DNA of 36,104 bases. Origin: a virus. The DNA lies in the IMG/VR virus record IMGVR_UViG_3300045988_159500, positions 1 through 36,104 of that record. The stretch is one strand, 5' to 3'. The notes beneath the pieces are model-generated. The model did no database searches, was not told where the DNA came from, and saw only the letters and a list, made by a program, of their open reading frames with translations. The first letter of the stretch is position 1, and every line of letters starts with the position of its first letter. The position numbers and the translations under genes were made by a program. Shown here one piece after another: positions 1 through 8,690 of this stretch.

Positions 1-55
1 TTCCCTTATTCTCCACCATTAGATAATTAACCCTTATTTTATAAGGGTTTTTATT
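1..55. repeat. attL core direct repeat (identical to 36050-36104)
   Basis: Exact 55-nt identity with the right end of the window. Contains a perfect 9-bp inverted repeat, AACCCTTAT ttt ATAAGGGTT, followed by a T-run, i.e. a terminator-like hairpin. Confidence 0.85.
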
Positions 56-58
56 TTT

Positions 59-82
59 CACATCTAGTTTCACATCTAGTTT
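59..82 (+). repeat. Tandem 12-mer CACATCTAGTTT x2 between attL core and the int 3' end; candidate integrase arm-type sites
   Basis: Two perfect tandem copies at 59-70 and 71-82. A third CACATCTAG occurs at 35936-35944 in the same orientation near attR. Confidence 0.45.
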
Positions 83-83
83 A

Positions 84-1196
84 TTATAAATTATCTAGTA
101 AATTAACTATTTCATTTTGAACAGTTGGAAATAGATGCATATATGTTTTTTGCATAACATCTATTGTATGTCCCATACGGTCCGATAGCATTAAAAAGAA
201 TTTAGCAGTATCGGTTTGCCCAGATTTAATATATTCATTAATGAGTAAAGAAACGTGACTATGTCTAAACTCATGCATTGTTATTTCATTTACTCCTGCT
301 AATTTAAAATATGTTTCTTTATGTCTATCTATAGTTGTTGGCGCCAAATAAACTGGTCCACCAAAAACAAACCAATTATTTGAGTAATCTTTATATTTAA
401 TTTGATTTAATTTATATGAGTATAAACATTCTTTTAAAGTTTTACTCATTTTTATTTTTCTATTTTTATTGGTTTTTGTCGAAGTAATTATTGCTTTACC
501 TTTATTTTTAGTACATAAGGTTTTATTTATTTTGATTTCATTGTTATTAAAATCTACATCTTCCCATGTTAATGCAAGTAATTCTCCTTTTCTACAACCA
601 GTATAATATGCAGTAAGAAAAAATGCTTTCCATAATTCATCATCAATGGTTGATATAAACTGGTTAAATTCAATTAATGTAATATATCTTAATCTTTTAT
701 CATCATCGATTATATCGTTATTTTTTCTTTTAAATCTACCAAATAGACTAATTGGATTTATTTCTAAACCATAATTTTTAATTGAATAATCAAATATGTT
801 CTTCAATATATTTGAAATTTTATTCATATAATCTACAGTTAAATTTAATGATTCAAGATTTTGTGCCCATTCTCTAATATTTGATATATTTATTTTGTTA
901 ATATATTTTTTTTCAAAATGAGGTAATATATGTTTTTCATAATCCTGCCTATATGTATATACAGTAGATGGTTTACTATATTTTTTTAAGTTTTCAAAAT
1001 ATTCCTCTGCTACCAAATCAAATCTTATATTTATAGGATTATCATTTTTTAAAACAAACATTGACAATGCTTTTTCACACTCTTCACGAGTTTTATATTT
1101 TTTAGATGTGTATTGTTTATTATGTTTAGATTTCCTAAAATAATAACATCTTCCATCTTTTGTGGGCGTGCCTTTGTATATTTTATTCATACTCAT
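84..1196 (-). CDS. int: Tyrosine-type site-specific integrase
   Basis: 370-aa ORF next to attL. C-terminal catalytic region carries HEFRHSHVSLL ... GHT ... TYMH, matching the R...HxxR...Y tyrosine recombinase signature. Confidence 0.9.
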   Translation of the reverse strand: MSMNKIYKGTPTKDGRCYYFRKSKHNKQYTSKKYKTREECEKALSMFVLKNDNPINIRFDLVAEEYFENLKKYSKPSTVYTYRQDYEKHILPHFEKKYINKINISNIREWAQNLESLNLTVDYMNKISNILKNIFDYSIKNYGLEINPISLFGRFKRKNNDIIDDDKRLRYITLIEFNQFISTIDDELWKAFFLTAYYTGCRKGELLALTWEDVDFNNNEIKINKTLCTKNKGKAIITSTKTNKNRKIKMSKTLKECLYSYKLNQIKYKDYSNNWFVFGGPVYLAPTTIDRHKETYFKLAGVNEITMHEFRHSHVSLLINEYIKSGQTDTAKFFLMLSDRMGHTIDVMQKTYMHLFPTVQNEIVNLLDNL

Positions 1197-1308
1197 TTTT
1201 TATAATCTCCTTTACAAATATTAATTATTTTGTTATAATATAATAGAAAAACTGATATGAATATATTTCATATTTAATTGTTTCTCGACAATAGTTTTTC
1301 ATTTCAAC

Positions 1309-1345
1309 ACTTGTTCCTTTTGCAGAAGGAGCAAGTCCTTTTTTT
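1309..1345 (+). terminator. Stable hairpin (11-bp stem ACTTGTTCCTT/AAGGAGCAAGT) followed by T7; terminator-like on the + strand
   Basis: Read directly from the sequence. On the - strand the same stem sequesters the SD-like AAGGAACAAG of a 23-mer motif copy that sits upstream of a 25-codon ORF and int. Confidence 0.4.
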
Positions 1346-1351
1346 ATTTAA

Positions 1352-1675
1352 TTATTGTATATCTGATTTTATTGAATTTTCAATAAATTTTATGTATTTG
1401 CTTGCTTCATCTTCGTATTTATCTACATAGAAAGCAAACATATCTTTATTTATTTGATTTAAGTGACATAATTCTATATGTGCAAGTTCATGCAATATAG
1501 TTTTTTTCTTTTTGTAATATGATAAGTTAGAATTAATGATTATATTATATACATCTCTATAAGCAAATACAAAGCCATTAATTCCGCTACCTAAACTAAC
1601 ATAGGTAATGTTAGCGTTATAATAATTTAACAAATCTTGTTGTGTTAAATTACCTTTTAATAAATCTGTGATCAT
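1352..1675 (-). CDS. ImmA/IrrE-family zinc metallopeptidase (anti-repressor protease)
   Basis: 107 aa with an HELAHIELCH HEXXH motif. Immediately downstream of and co-oriented with the HTH repressor, the same arrangement as ImmR-ImmA of ICEBs1. Confidence 0.7.
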   Translation of the reverse strand: MITDLLKGNLTQQDLLNYYNANITYVSLGSGINGFVFAYRDVYNIIINSNLSYYKKKKTILHELAHIELCHLNQINKDMFAFYVDKYEDEASKYIKFIENSIKSDIQ

Positions 1676-1734
1676 ACTTAATACCTCTATTTATTCTTTA
1701 ATTTATATATATTAAGTATCTGTACTAGCATACT

Positions 1735-2433
1735 TTAATTATTTTGTTCTCCATCGAGTTCTTTATCTATTTCTTTTTTTCTTTGCTCAATAATAGTTTT
1801 AATTATTGCTTTATCTGATTCGGTTAGTACATCTTTATGTTTATCAAAAAGTATTTCCAAATCATCTTTTTTAATGGTTTCATTCGATTTAATATTAAAT
1901 GCACTATTAAACATTTTTGTAAATGTGTCTTTATCTATACAATTAGAATCATCTATGTTATTTTTTATCAATTCTATAATATCATCTATTGAAAGATTTT
2001 TATATAATAATAACATCAAGTCGTTTTTTCCTATTTTTTTCAATTCACTATCAATCTCTTTTTTTATTTCGTTCCATTCTGTTTCAGTTTTTTTTGAATC
2101 AAATGTTATTTTATTATCATTTTTATCAAAATGATATTTTTTGTAAAAATCTTTGTATTGTGTCTGAAATTGTGTTAATGTATTAAAATAATTCGGAGAT
2201 TCTTTGTAATCTATTTTAGCTAGATAAATTAGTAATAAGTCTTCAACATCTAATACTTTAGCAAGCTTGTTTAAAACTTCTAGACTAAGATTAACAGGTT
2301 TGCCAGTTTTAGGATCGATGCCTTTTTCGATGCTATCCAAATGTGAATGACTTATACCAATTAAATTAGCAAATTCTCTAAGAGACATATTGCCTCTTTT
2401 TTGCTTTATGAAACTTCCTAAATAATTTGTCAT
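1735..2433 (-). CDS. XRE-family HTH repressor (cI/ImmR-like)
   Basis: N-terminal HTH (SLREFANLIGISHSHLDSIEKG). Divergent from the cro-like gene. Its own -35/-10 (TTGATT-17-TACAAT) and a GGGAGGGG RBS can be read on the - strand. Confidence 0.75.
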   Translation of the reverse strand: MTNYLGSFIKQKRGNMSLREFANLIGISHSHLDSIEKGIDPKTGKPVNLSLEVLNKLAKVLDVEDLLLIYLAKIDYKESPNYFNTLTQFQTQYKDFYKKYHFDKNDNKITFDSKKTETEWNEIKKEIDSELKKIGKNDLMLLLYKNLSIDDIIELIKNNIDDSNCIDKDTFTKMFNSAFNIKSNETIKKDDLEILFDKHKDVLTESDKAIIKTIIEQRKKEIDKELDGEQNN

Positions 2434-2547
2434 TTTTCCCCTCCCATTTACATTGTAAAGTATTTTTTATAAAAAATCAAGTTTTTTGTAAATTATTCTT
2501 GACAAACATTTAATGTGTATGGTATTCTTGACATATAAGGAGGAGAT
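2434..2547. promoter_or_regulatory. Divergent lysogeny/lytic switch region with operator-like repeats
   Basis: 13-bp palindrome TTTACAtTGTAAA at 2447-2459 and a further TTGTAAA. Two direct ATTCTTGACA boxes (TTGACA -35-like) 26 bp apart. The - strand promoter TTGATT-17-TACAAT serves the repressor. Confidence 0.55.
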
Positions 2548-2736
2548 ATGAAAGAAAGCTTAAATGTTAAAAGAATTAGAAAAAAACTTAAAATGAACCA
2601 GTCTGATTTTGCTAAAATTTGTGGATTATCGCGAGTATACATATCTATATTAGAAAATGGTAAAGTAAATAATCCAGGGGTAAAAACAATTGAAAAAATT
2701 AAAAAATCAGTTATCAACTATATTTTTTTAGATTGA
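2548..2736 (+). CDS. Cro-like XRE HTH regulator
   Basis: 62 aa with HTH QSDFAKICGLSRVYISILENGK. GGAGGAG RBS. First gene of the rightward early operon. Confidence 0.7.
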   Translation: MKESLNVKRIRKKLKMNQSDFAKICGLSRVYISILENGKVNNPGVKTIEKIKKSVINYIFLD

Positions 2737-2778
2737 ATGTTTGGTATCCGAACACAAAATTAAGGAAAGGAACAAGTA

Positions 2779-2901
2779 ATGAATTTATTAGAAATGTTTA
2801 AAAAATTAACTGAAGAAGAAAAACAAGAATTTATAAGACTAATTATTCAAGAGATAAGAAAAAAAGAAAAAGAAGTTGGCGAACTTCCTATTCAGTTTTA
2901 G
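2779..2901 (+). CDS. Small hypothetical protein (40 aa)
   Basis: ATG preceded by AAAGGAACAAGT, which is a copy of the recurrent motif. Lysine/glutamate-rich and absent from the ORF track because of its size. Confidence 0.3.
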   Translation: MNLLEMFKKLTEEEKQEFIRLIIQEIRKKEKEVGELPIQF

Positions 2902-3063
2902 TTGGTAAAGTTAATAGCCCTAATTCTTCAAGAACTTGCAAAGTGGCATATACAGCAATTTGTGCTGTAAGTTGGGAAATAATGCCTTCTTGCTTTTCGT
3001 TCTTAAGACATAGTTCATTTACTTTATCAGCAATTAATAGTCTTAAATCTTCATTAGACATAG
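2888..3063 (-). CDS. Small hypothetical protein (58 aa; internal start MSNEDLRLL)
   Basis: AGGAGA RBS 6 nt upstream of the ATG on the - strand. The longer 89-aa version in the ORF track has no RBS. Confidence 0.35.
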
Positions 3064-3141
3064 GTTTATAACATCTCCTTTCAAAAATATTGTAAGGGAG
3101 CAAGAAAAAAATATCAAGAAAAATTAAAGAAAGGAAATTAT

Positions 3142-3276
3142 ATGAAAGAAAAATCAAAAATTGAAAAATTAAAAGAAGTGGTAATTGATAGATTAATTGA
3201 AAATAAGTTAACAGATATTGAGTTACAAATTAATGTATTATTACTAAAAATAATTTTAGATAATGAATTTAAATAA
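3142..3276 (+). CDS. Small hypothetical protein (44 aa)
   Basis: GAAAGGAAA RBS at good spacing before the ATG. Not in the ORF track because of its size. Confidence 0.3.
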   Translation: MKEKSKIEKLKEVVIDRLIENKLTDIELQINVLLLKIILDNEFK

Positions 3277-3365
3277 GAAAAAGACTAGATATCATTAAAA
3301 AAAAGATGCTGCAACATCTAAAACAAAAGGAACAAAGTGTTGAAATGAAATAAAGGAGGAACAAA

Positions 3366-3569
3366 ATGGAAAAGGAAAGATCAACAAAAGACAAAGAATA
3401 TATGAGTGCATTAGACTTAATGAACATAATTCCAAATCTTACTTATGACAATGCAATTAAATACATAAATGAAATTAGAAAAGAAATGGAAGAAAAAGGT
3501 TATTGTGTACCAACTACAAGACCAAAATTAGCATTAACAAAATTAATAAAAAAGAAGTTTGGTTGGTAA
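3366..3569 (+). CDS. Hypothetical small protein (possibly DNA-binding)
   Basis: 67 aa with an AAAGGAGGA RBS. Directly preceded by a motif copy containing a mini-ORF (ATG AAA TAA). Confidence 0.5.
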   Translation: MEKERSTKDKEYMSALDLMNIIPNLTYDNAIKYINEIRKEMEEKGYCVPTTRPKLALTKLIKKKFGW

Positions 3570-3582
3570 GAAGGTGAGTTTT

Positions 3583-3795
3583 ATGAAAAAAATTAAATGG
3601 AAAAATGTATTTATAGCAATGTTGTTTTTGATAAGTGGTGGGTTAATAGTACATGATCTATTTATGTTAACAATATATTCAATAATCACAAGTTATACAA
3701 CAACATTATCGGTGTTTGGATGCTTAACATTAGGATTAGCAATCTATGTATTTAGTAATTGTTATGAATATTTTAATGCATTAATGGAGATGTAA
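3583..3795 (+). CDS. Small membrane protein (two predicted TM helices)
   Basis: Hydrophobic stretches FIAMLFLISGGLIV and TTTLSVFGCLTLGLAIYVF. The ATG at 3583 has an AAGAAGGTGAG RBS, so the track start at 3559 is less likely. Confidence 0.5.
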   Translation: MKKIKWKNVFIAMLFLISGGLIVHDLFMLTIYSIITSYTTTLSVFGCLTLGLAIYVFSNCYEYFNALMEM

Positions 3796-3796
3796 A

Positions 3797-4459
3797 ATGA
3801 AAGATAGTTTTGTACTATACACATCACAATATGTTGCGATTAAAGAACTTGAAGATGAACAATTGGGTAGGTTGTTTAGAGCACTTTTTGAAAAACAACT
3901 AGGAAATGAGGTTGTTTTGACAAATGATATAAAAATTGCATTTAACTTCATAAACAACCAAATGGTTGTAGATAATCAAAAGTATAAAAAGAAGTGTGAA
4001 ACCCTTAAAAATAACGCGAAAAAGGGTGGTGCACCCAAAGGAAATCAAAATGCAAAAAAACAAAAACAACCAAATCGAGAAAAAAACAACCTTAATGATA
4101 ATGATAATGATAATGAAATTATCATAAATGATAATTTAAAAGAAAAAAATAAAAAAGAAAAAATTTCTTTTGGCGAATTTAAAAATGTGTTGTTGAGTGA
4201 AGAAGAATTGGAAAAACTAAAACAGCGATTTTCAGATTACGAATTGCGAATTGAAAAATTATCGAACTACATTGCAAGTAAGGGAGATAGATACAAAAGC
4301 CATTATGCCACAATTTTGAATTGGGCAAGAAACGAAAAGAAGGAAAGTGATGTAGCCGAAATAAAACCTAAGTGGTATGGAAAGGAAGTTAAAAAGAAAG
4401 AAATGTCCCAGGAAGAAGTAGAAGAACTTGAAAATATACTGAGTGAATTTAAAAATTAA
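3797..4459 (+). CDS. Hypothetical early protein; possible DnaD-like replisome organizer
   Basis: Position in the early operon. C-terminal YATILNWAR resembles the DnaD DDBH2 motif (YxxxIxxxW). The middle is low-complexity and Lys/Asn-rich. Confidence 0.3.
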   Translation: MKDSFVLYTSQYVAIKELEDEQLGRLFRALFEKQLGNEVVLTNDIKIAFNFINNQMVVDNQKYKKKCETLKNNAKKGGAPKGNQNAKKQKQPNREKNNLNDNDNDNEIIINDNLKEKNKKEKISFGEFKNVLLSEEELEKLKQRFSDYELRIEKLSNYIASKGDRYKSHYATILNWARNEKKESDVAEIKPKWYGKEVKKKEMSQEEVEELENILSEFKN

Positions 4460-4474
4460 AAAATAGGAGGAACA

Positions 4475-4690
4475 ATGAAATTATTAAGTAGTGTGAAACT
4501 AGCAATGGAAAATAGAACATTGCGATTAGAAAATGAAGCATTAAAGAAAACATTAAAAGAACAAAGTTTCAAAATTTTAATGGATAAGGTAAATGAACCG
4601 TATGAAATAGAAAAGCTTAGAACTGAAAATAAGAATATGAGAGTAACGATAAAAAATCTAAGAAAGGTTTTGAAAGAGGAAAAGCAATGA
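4475..4690 (+). CDS. Hypothetical coiled-coil protein
   Basis: 71 aa with a GGAGGAAC RBS and heptad-like composition. Confidence 0.45.
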   Translation: MKLLSSVKLAMENRTLRLENEALKKTLKEQSFKILMDKVNEPYEIEKLRTENKNMRVTIKNLRKVLKEEKQ

Positions 4691-5004
4691 TAGAAGAAAG
4701 AATGCCTGGAACAAATCCGTTATTTGAAACAAGAAAAGAAGCCGAATTACAAGTTGATAGGCAAAAGAGATATAAACAAATAACGGAAATATTAAAAGAC
4801 AATCCTGATGGATTAACTGCAAAAGAAATAAGTGTTGAAATGAAAAGGAGGGGTTATACACCAACCGATGAAAGAAACTTCTCAAGCCCAAGAATAACTG
4901 AAATGTTGATAAGTGGATCAGTTGAGTGTATTGGTAAGAAAAAATGTATTTATACGAATAGAAATGTAGGAGTTTTCAAATTAAGAGTTAAACAATCGAC
5001 ATAA
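4687..5004 (+). CDS. Hypothetical protein (possible winged-helix DNA-binding)
   Basis: 105 aa, start overlaps the previous stop (ATGA). Contains a partial copy of the 16-mer AAGTGTTGAAATGAAA within its coding sequence. Confidence 0.45.
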   Translation: MIEERMPGTNPLFETRKEAELQVDRQKRYKQITEILKDNPDGLTAKEISVEMKRRGYTPTDERNFSSPRITEMLISGSVECIGKKKCIYTNRNVGVFKLRVKQST

Positions 5005-5128
5005 TTCTATCTAATTCGATACAAAAATCTCACAAGAGCAATGTTTTGATAAAAATAGTATAAATATACCAAAATGGCACAAAAGTGCCTTAAAAAAAAT
5101 AAAGAGAAAAATTAGAAAGGAATACAAT

Positions 5129-5971
5129 ATGGCAAAAAAATATACATTTAATGAACAAGAAGAAGAATACGATAGCGAAGTAAAAGATATGCTTCCAGTT
5201 TGGCAAAGCTCAAAGTATCAACAATCAAAGAAAAAAGTAGTTGAAATGTTAGATAGTGGAAAATACAAAGGGTTAGATGAAACTGATTTTTGGATTTTAA
5301 AAGGTAAAACATCAAAGAAAGATAAAATCGCATACAACGGGTTGATTATTTCACATAATGGTTGTTTAAAAATAAATGATTCGTTAGATGATAAATTAAA
5401 ATTCAAACCTAGTTGTGTAAAAGAAAATAAAGAAGGATATGAGAATAGTCTTGTATTTACTTATTGCAATGATGAGCAAGGAATTTATGAAGTTGGAGAA
5501 ATAAGTTCTAGTAATTATAGGCAATTGCAAGGAAGATATCCGTACGCGATGGCTTATAAAAGATTATTTGATAGAGTAGTACTTAAAAATAGCAAGCTAG
5601 CATATGCAGGTGTCTACTCTGATAGTGAAGCGGAGGAATTTGCCGAAAGAGTAGTGCAAGAAGATAAACCTCAAAAATCAAATGAAAAAAATAAAACTGA
5701 GGTTAACACTTCATCGAAAACAATAAAAAATGGCAGTATGTTTAGTGATGGTGAATTAGACATGATGCAGTACATGGATTCACAAAACGAAATGATAAAT
5801 CAAAATCAAATATTCGAAATTAAAACAATAGTTGAAAAGAATCCAAAATTATTAGATCAATTTAAAAAAACTAATCTAAACGATTTAACATGGAGTGAAG
5901 CATTTACAATTGAAAAACAAATAAGAATTGCTAGAAAGAAAAAAGAAAAAGAGATGGAGGAAGTATTTTAA
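5129..5971 (+). CDS. Hypothetical protein; candidate ssDNA-annealing/recombination protein by position
   Basis: 280 aa, first gene of a co-oriented trio ending in SSB. Function inferred only from the typical phage recombination-module context. Confidence 0.25.
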   Translation: MAKKYTFNEQEEEYDSEVKDMLPVWQSSKYQQSKKKVVEMLDSGKYKGLDETDFWILKGKTSKKDKIAYNGLIISHNGCLKINDSLDDKLKFKPSCVKENKEGYENSLVFTYCNDEQGIYEVGEISSSNYRQLQGRYPYAMAYKRLFDRVVLKNSKLAYAGVYSDSEAEEFAERVVQEDKPQKSNEKNKTEVNTSSKTIKNGSMFSDGELDMMQYMDSQNEMINQNQIFEIKTIVEKNPKLLDQFKKTNLNDLTWSEAFTIEKQIRIARKKKEKEMEEVF

Positions 5972-6813
5972 TGAACGAAGTACAAAACAATGAATTTGAA
6001 TTAATAATAACTGAAAAAAATCTAGGAAGTTTAACAACTAATGCAAAGGCAATAAGAGATAAAATAAAGGAAATTCTACCAAAATACAGTGCTGAAAACT
6101 ATAGTGAAAATAATATAGAAAATGCAAAATCAGATAAAGCAATGTTAAATAACACTGCAAAGAAATTAAATGATAAGAGAATAGAGTTGGAAAAAGAATT
6201 TTTAAAACCATTTGATGAATTTAAAGCAACTGTTAAAGAAACAACTGACATGATAAAAGAAGCAAGTTCACAAATAGATTTAATAGTAAAAGAAGTTGAT
6301 TTAAAAGCAAAGCAAGAAAGAAGAAATTATATAGAAAACCTATTTAATTCAATTGTAGGTGAATTAAAAGAATTAGTAACACTAGACATGATATTTGATG
6401 AAAAATGGCTAAATAAAGGCAGTTTTAATGACAAAGGCGAATTTAAATTATCAAGTGAACTAGAAAATAAATTAAACAAGATAAGAAACGATTTAGAAAC
6501 TATAAAGACATTAAAAAGTAATTATGAAGTATCTCTAACAAATCAATATTTAAGAACATTTGATTTAGGAAGTGTTATTCAAGAAAACAATAGATTAATG
6601 GAACTTGCAGAAAAAACAAAACAAGTTGAGGCAGTAAAAGAAGAAATTGTTAAAGAAAAAGTAGAAGAAATGGTAACTAAACCAGTTGAGGTGGAGGAGT
6701 TTGATCCAATTAAAACAGAAAAAATAGCAATTACTGGAACATTAAGTCAGCGAAGAAAATTAAAAGAATTTTTAGATTTAAATAAAATGAAATACGAAAG
6801 AATAGAGGATTAG
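5971..6813 (+). CDS. Hypothetical protein of recombination module (coiled-coil; DUF1351-like placement)
   Basis: 280 aa, translationally coupled (ATGA) to the upstream gene and upstream of SSB. Confidence 0.35.
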   Translation: MNEVQNNEFELIITEKNLGSLTTNAKAIRDKIKEILPKYSAENYSENNIENAKSDKAMLNNTAKKLNDKRIELEKEFLKPFDEFKATVKETTDMIKEASSQIDLIVKEVDLKAKQERRNYIENLFNSIVGELKELVTLDMIFDEKWLNKGSFNDKGEFKLSSELENKLNKIRNDLETIKTLKSNYEVSLTNQYLRTFDLGSVIQENNRLMELAEKTKQVEAVKEEIVKEKVEEMVTKPVEVEEFDPIKTEKIAITGTLSQRRKLKEFLDLNKMKYERIED

Positions 6814-6815
6814 TT

Positions 6816-6938
6816 ATGGAAAGATGTGATATTTGTGGAGAATCAGAGGAGGAATTAATTGATACAACAGGCATGATAAATGGTGATGTTGGTTACGTAT
6901 GTTATCAATGCTTGGAAGATAACGATATAGGAAAATAG
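6816..6938 (+). CDS. Small zinc-ribbon protein (40 aa)
   Basis: CDICGE ... CYQC, i.e. two CxxC pairs, with an AGAGGAT RBS. Confidence 0.4.
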   Translation: MERCDICGESEEELIDTTGMINGDVGYVCYQCLEDNDIGK

Positions 6939-6946
6939 GAGAATAT

Positions 6947-7108
6947 ATGAAAAGTAAACTATTAGATGAATTATTTAAAAAGTTTGAGAAAGATAAAAAA
7001 GTAATAAAAGAAAACGTGTTAGTTGTTATGGATAATGTAGTTTTAGAAACAAGTGATAAATATGGAAAAGTAACTATGACAATTACTTATGAGAGGAGTG
7101 ATAAATAG
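6947..7108 (+). CDS. Small hypothetical protein (53 aa)
   Basis: ATAGGAGAA RBS. Its stop abuts the ssb start. Confidence 0.4.
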   Translation: MKSKLLDELFKKFEKDKKVIKENVLVVMDNVVLETSDKYGKVTMTITYERSDK

Positions 7109-7528
7109 ATGAATACAATCATATTAAGTGGAAGATTAACAAATAAACCTGAATTAAGAAGTACAAAAAGTTTAAAGTCTGTATGTAATTTTACGATAGC
7201 AGTAAATAGACAATACACAAGTAATGGAGAAAGAGAAACTGATTTTATTAATTGCCAGGTATGGAATAAAACAGCCGAAAACTTATGTAAGTATCAAGAC
7301 AAAGGAAATTTAATATTAGTATCTGGAAACATAAGAACTGATAGTTATGATGATGAAAAAGGAAATAAAAGATACAAGACTTATGTTGCAGTAGATAACA
7401 TTGAATATTTATCAAGTAAAAAACAAGAAAATAGTCAATCAGTAGAAGCAGAAGAACCTAATTCGGATCAAGTGTATATGGATTTCGGAAATGAAATTGA
7501 GTTAACTGATGAAGACCTTGGCTGGTAA
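7109..7528 (+). CDS. ssb: Single-stranded DNA-binding protein
   Basis: 139 aa. OB-fold-like N-terminus (MNTIILSGRLTNKPELR ... FTIAVNR ... INCQVW). Acidic C-terminal tail ending DEDLGW, comparable to the SSB DDDIPF tail. Confidence 0.7.
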   Translation: MNTIILSGRLTNKPELRSTKSLKSVCNFTIAVNRQYTSNGERETDFINCQVWNKTAENLCKYQDKGNLILVSGNIRTDSYDDEKGNKRYKTYVAVDNIEYLSSKKQENSQSVEAEEPNSDQVYMDFGNEIELTDEDLGW

Positions 7529-7537
7529 AGGTGAATT

Positions 7538-7870
7538 ATGGATTTAGTAAATGATATACAAGATTTGAATAGACTATTATCTAACAGTATTAACTTGCTT
7601 GCAAAGTACGGAAGAGAATATGCAGAAGCCGAAATGAATTATAAAATAGCACTAAATCAAGAGTGCTTGAAATTAAGAGATGGAGGTATGGCAGTCACAT
7701 TAATAGACAAGGTAGTTTATGGTGTAAGAGAAGTTGCTAAAAAAAGATTCAAAAGAGATAGTGCCGAAATAATGTGGAAAACAGCACAAGAAAACGTTAA
7801 TGTTTTAAAAATAAGAATTAAGATACTAGAAAATCAACTAAATAGAGAGTGGTCCAATGAGAATAGATGA
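7538..7870 (+). CDS. Hypothetical protein
   Basis: 110-aa ORF with a GGTGA RBS. Confidence 0.45.
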   Translation: MDLVNDIQDLNRLLSNSINLLAKYGREYAEAEMNYKIALNQECLKLRDGGMAVTLIDKVVYGVREVAKKRFKRDSAEIMWKTAQENVNVLKIRIKILENQLNREWSNENR

Positions 7871-8025
7871 GGATACAAGAGATTTTATAGTAAACAAATT
7901 AACTGAACTATTAATAAAAAATGACTTTTATGAAAAGAAGAAACAGGTCAATGTATATATCAAAAAAAGTAGTGCATACAAAGACTTAATTAAATTAGTA
8001 AAAAATCTAAGATAAAGGAGGAACT

Positions 8026-8499
8026 ATGAAGATACTTACTAATGCAAATTATGAAGAAATAATAAATAAATTGAATGATCAACTTGGGGAAATAGTTGAA
8101 TTACAAAGCAAATATGGATTATTAAAAGCGAATTATGATGCAAATATTAATGTGATCAAGGAATTAAACGGCAGAATTGGAGGATTAACAAAAGAAATTA
8201 ACAGAACAAAAGAACAAAATGATGTACTAATTACGAGTGCAAAAATAAAAGATAAATCGAATGCTGAACTTACTAAAGCACTAGCAAATTATAGTGAGGT
8301 GATAAAAGAAAGAGATTGCCTTAAATTAGAACTTGAAAGAGCTAAAAAAGCATTAGAAGAAAGTATGTCAGATAAATTTTATAGAGTATCAGTTCCAGCG
8401 GGTAAACTTCCAAAAGGACAAGTTATGCACATGAAAAGTCATGCTGCAAGAGATAAATTAATTAAGAAAATTTATGATGATTTAGAAAAGGATAAATAA
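8026..8499 (+). CDS. Hypothetical coiled-coil protein
   Basis: 157 aa with an AAAGGAGGAAC RBS. Confidence 0.5.
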   Translation: MKILTNANYEEIINKLNDQLGEIVELQSKYGLLKANYDANINVIKELNGRIGGLTKEINRTKEQNDVLITSAKIKDKSNAELTKALANYSEVIKERDCLKLELERAKKALEESMSDKFYRVSVPAGKLPKGQVMHMKSHAARDKLIKKIYDDLEKDK

Positions 8500-8501
8500 C
8501 T

Positions 8502-8675
8502 ATGTTTACAATCGAATATAAAGGATACGAAATATCACAGTCGAGTAATAATCACGTTTCTATATTTAAAGATGGAAAAATGGTTTTTCATGCGAGTTGC
8601 TTAGTAAAATACAAAGAAGAAAACTTAAAAGAAATATTGGAATTTTATTTAAAGTTACTTGATGATGAAGAATAA
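8502..8675 (+). CDS. Small hypothetical protein (57 aa)
   Basis: Fills the gap between neighbouring genes. Weak RBS. Confidence 0.3.
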   Translation: MFTIEYKGYEISQSSNNHVSIFKDGKMVFHASCLVKYKEENLKEILEFYLKLLDDEE

Positions 8676-8690
8676 GGAACAAGTGTTGAA

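Noticed and set aside
1874-2186. Plus-strand ORFs 1874-2134 and 1989-2186 inside the repressor gene
   Set aside because: They are antisense to a confident HTH repressor CDS, are hydrophobic and low-complexity, and have no RBS.
5005-5128. Hairpin GGCAC-aaaa-GTGCC followed by an A/T run, as a possible terminator before the recombination module
   Set aside because: The stem is only 5 bp and the downstream run is A-rich rather than U-rich on the transcript. The call is too weak.
7862-8025. An open frame without a start codon (7869-8015) and an 8-codon mini-ORF between 7870 and 8026
   Set aside because: No ATG/GTG/TTG start is in frame and no SD is present. The 8-codon ORF is too short to support. 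The stretch is left as intergenic.
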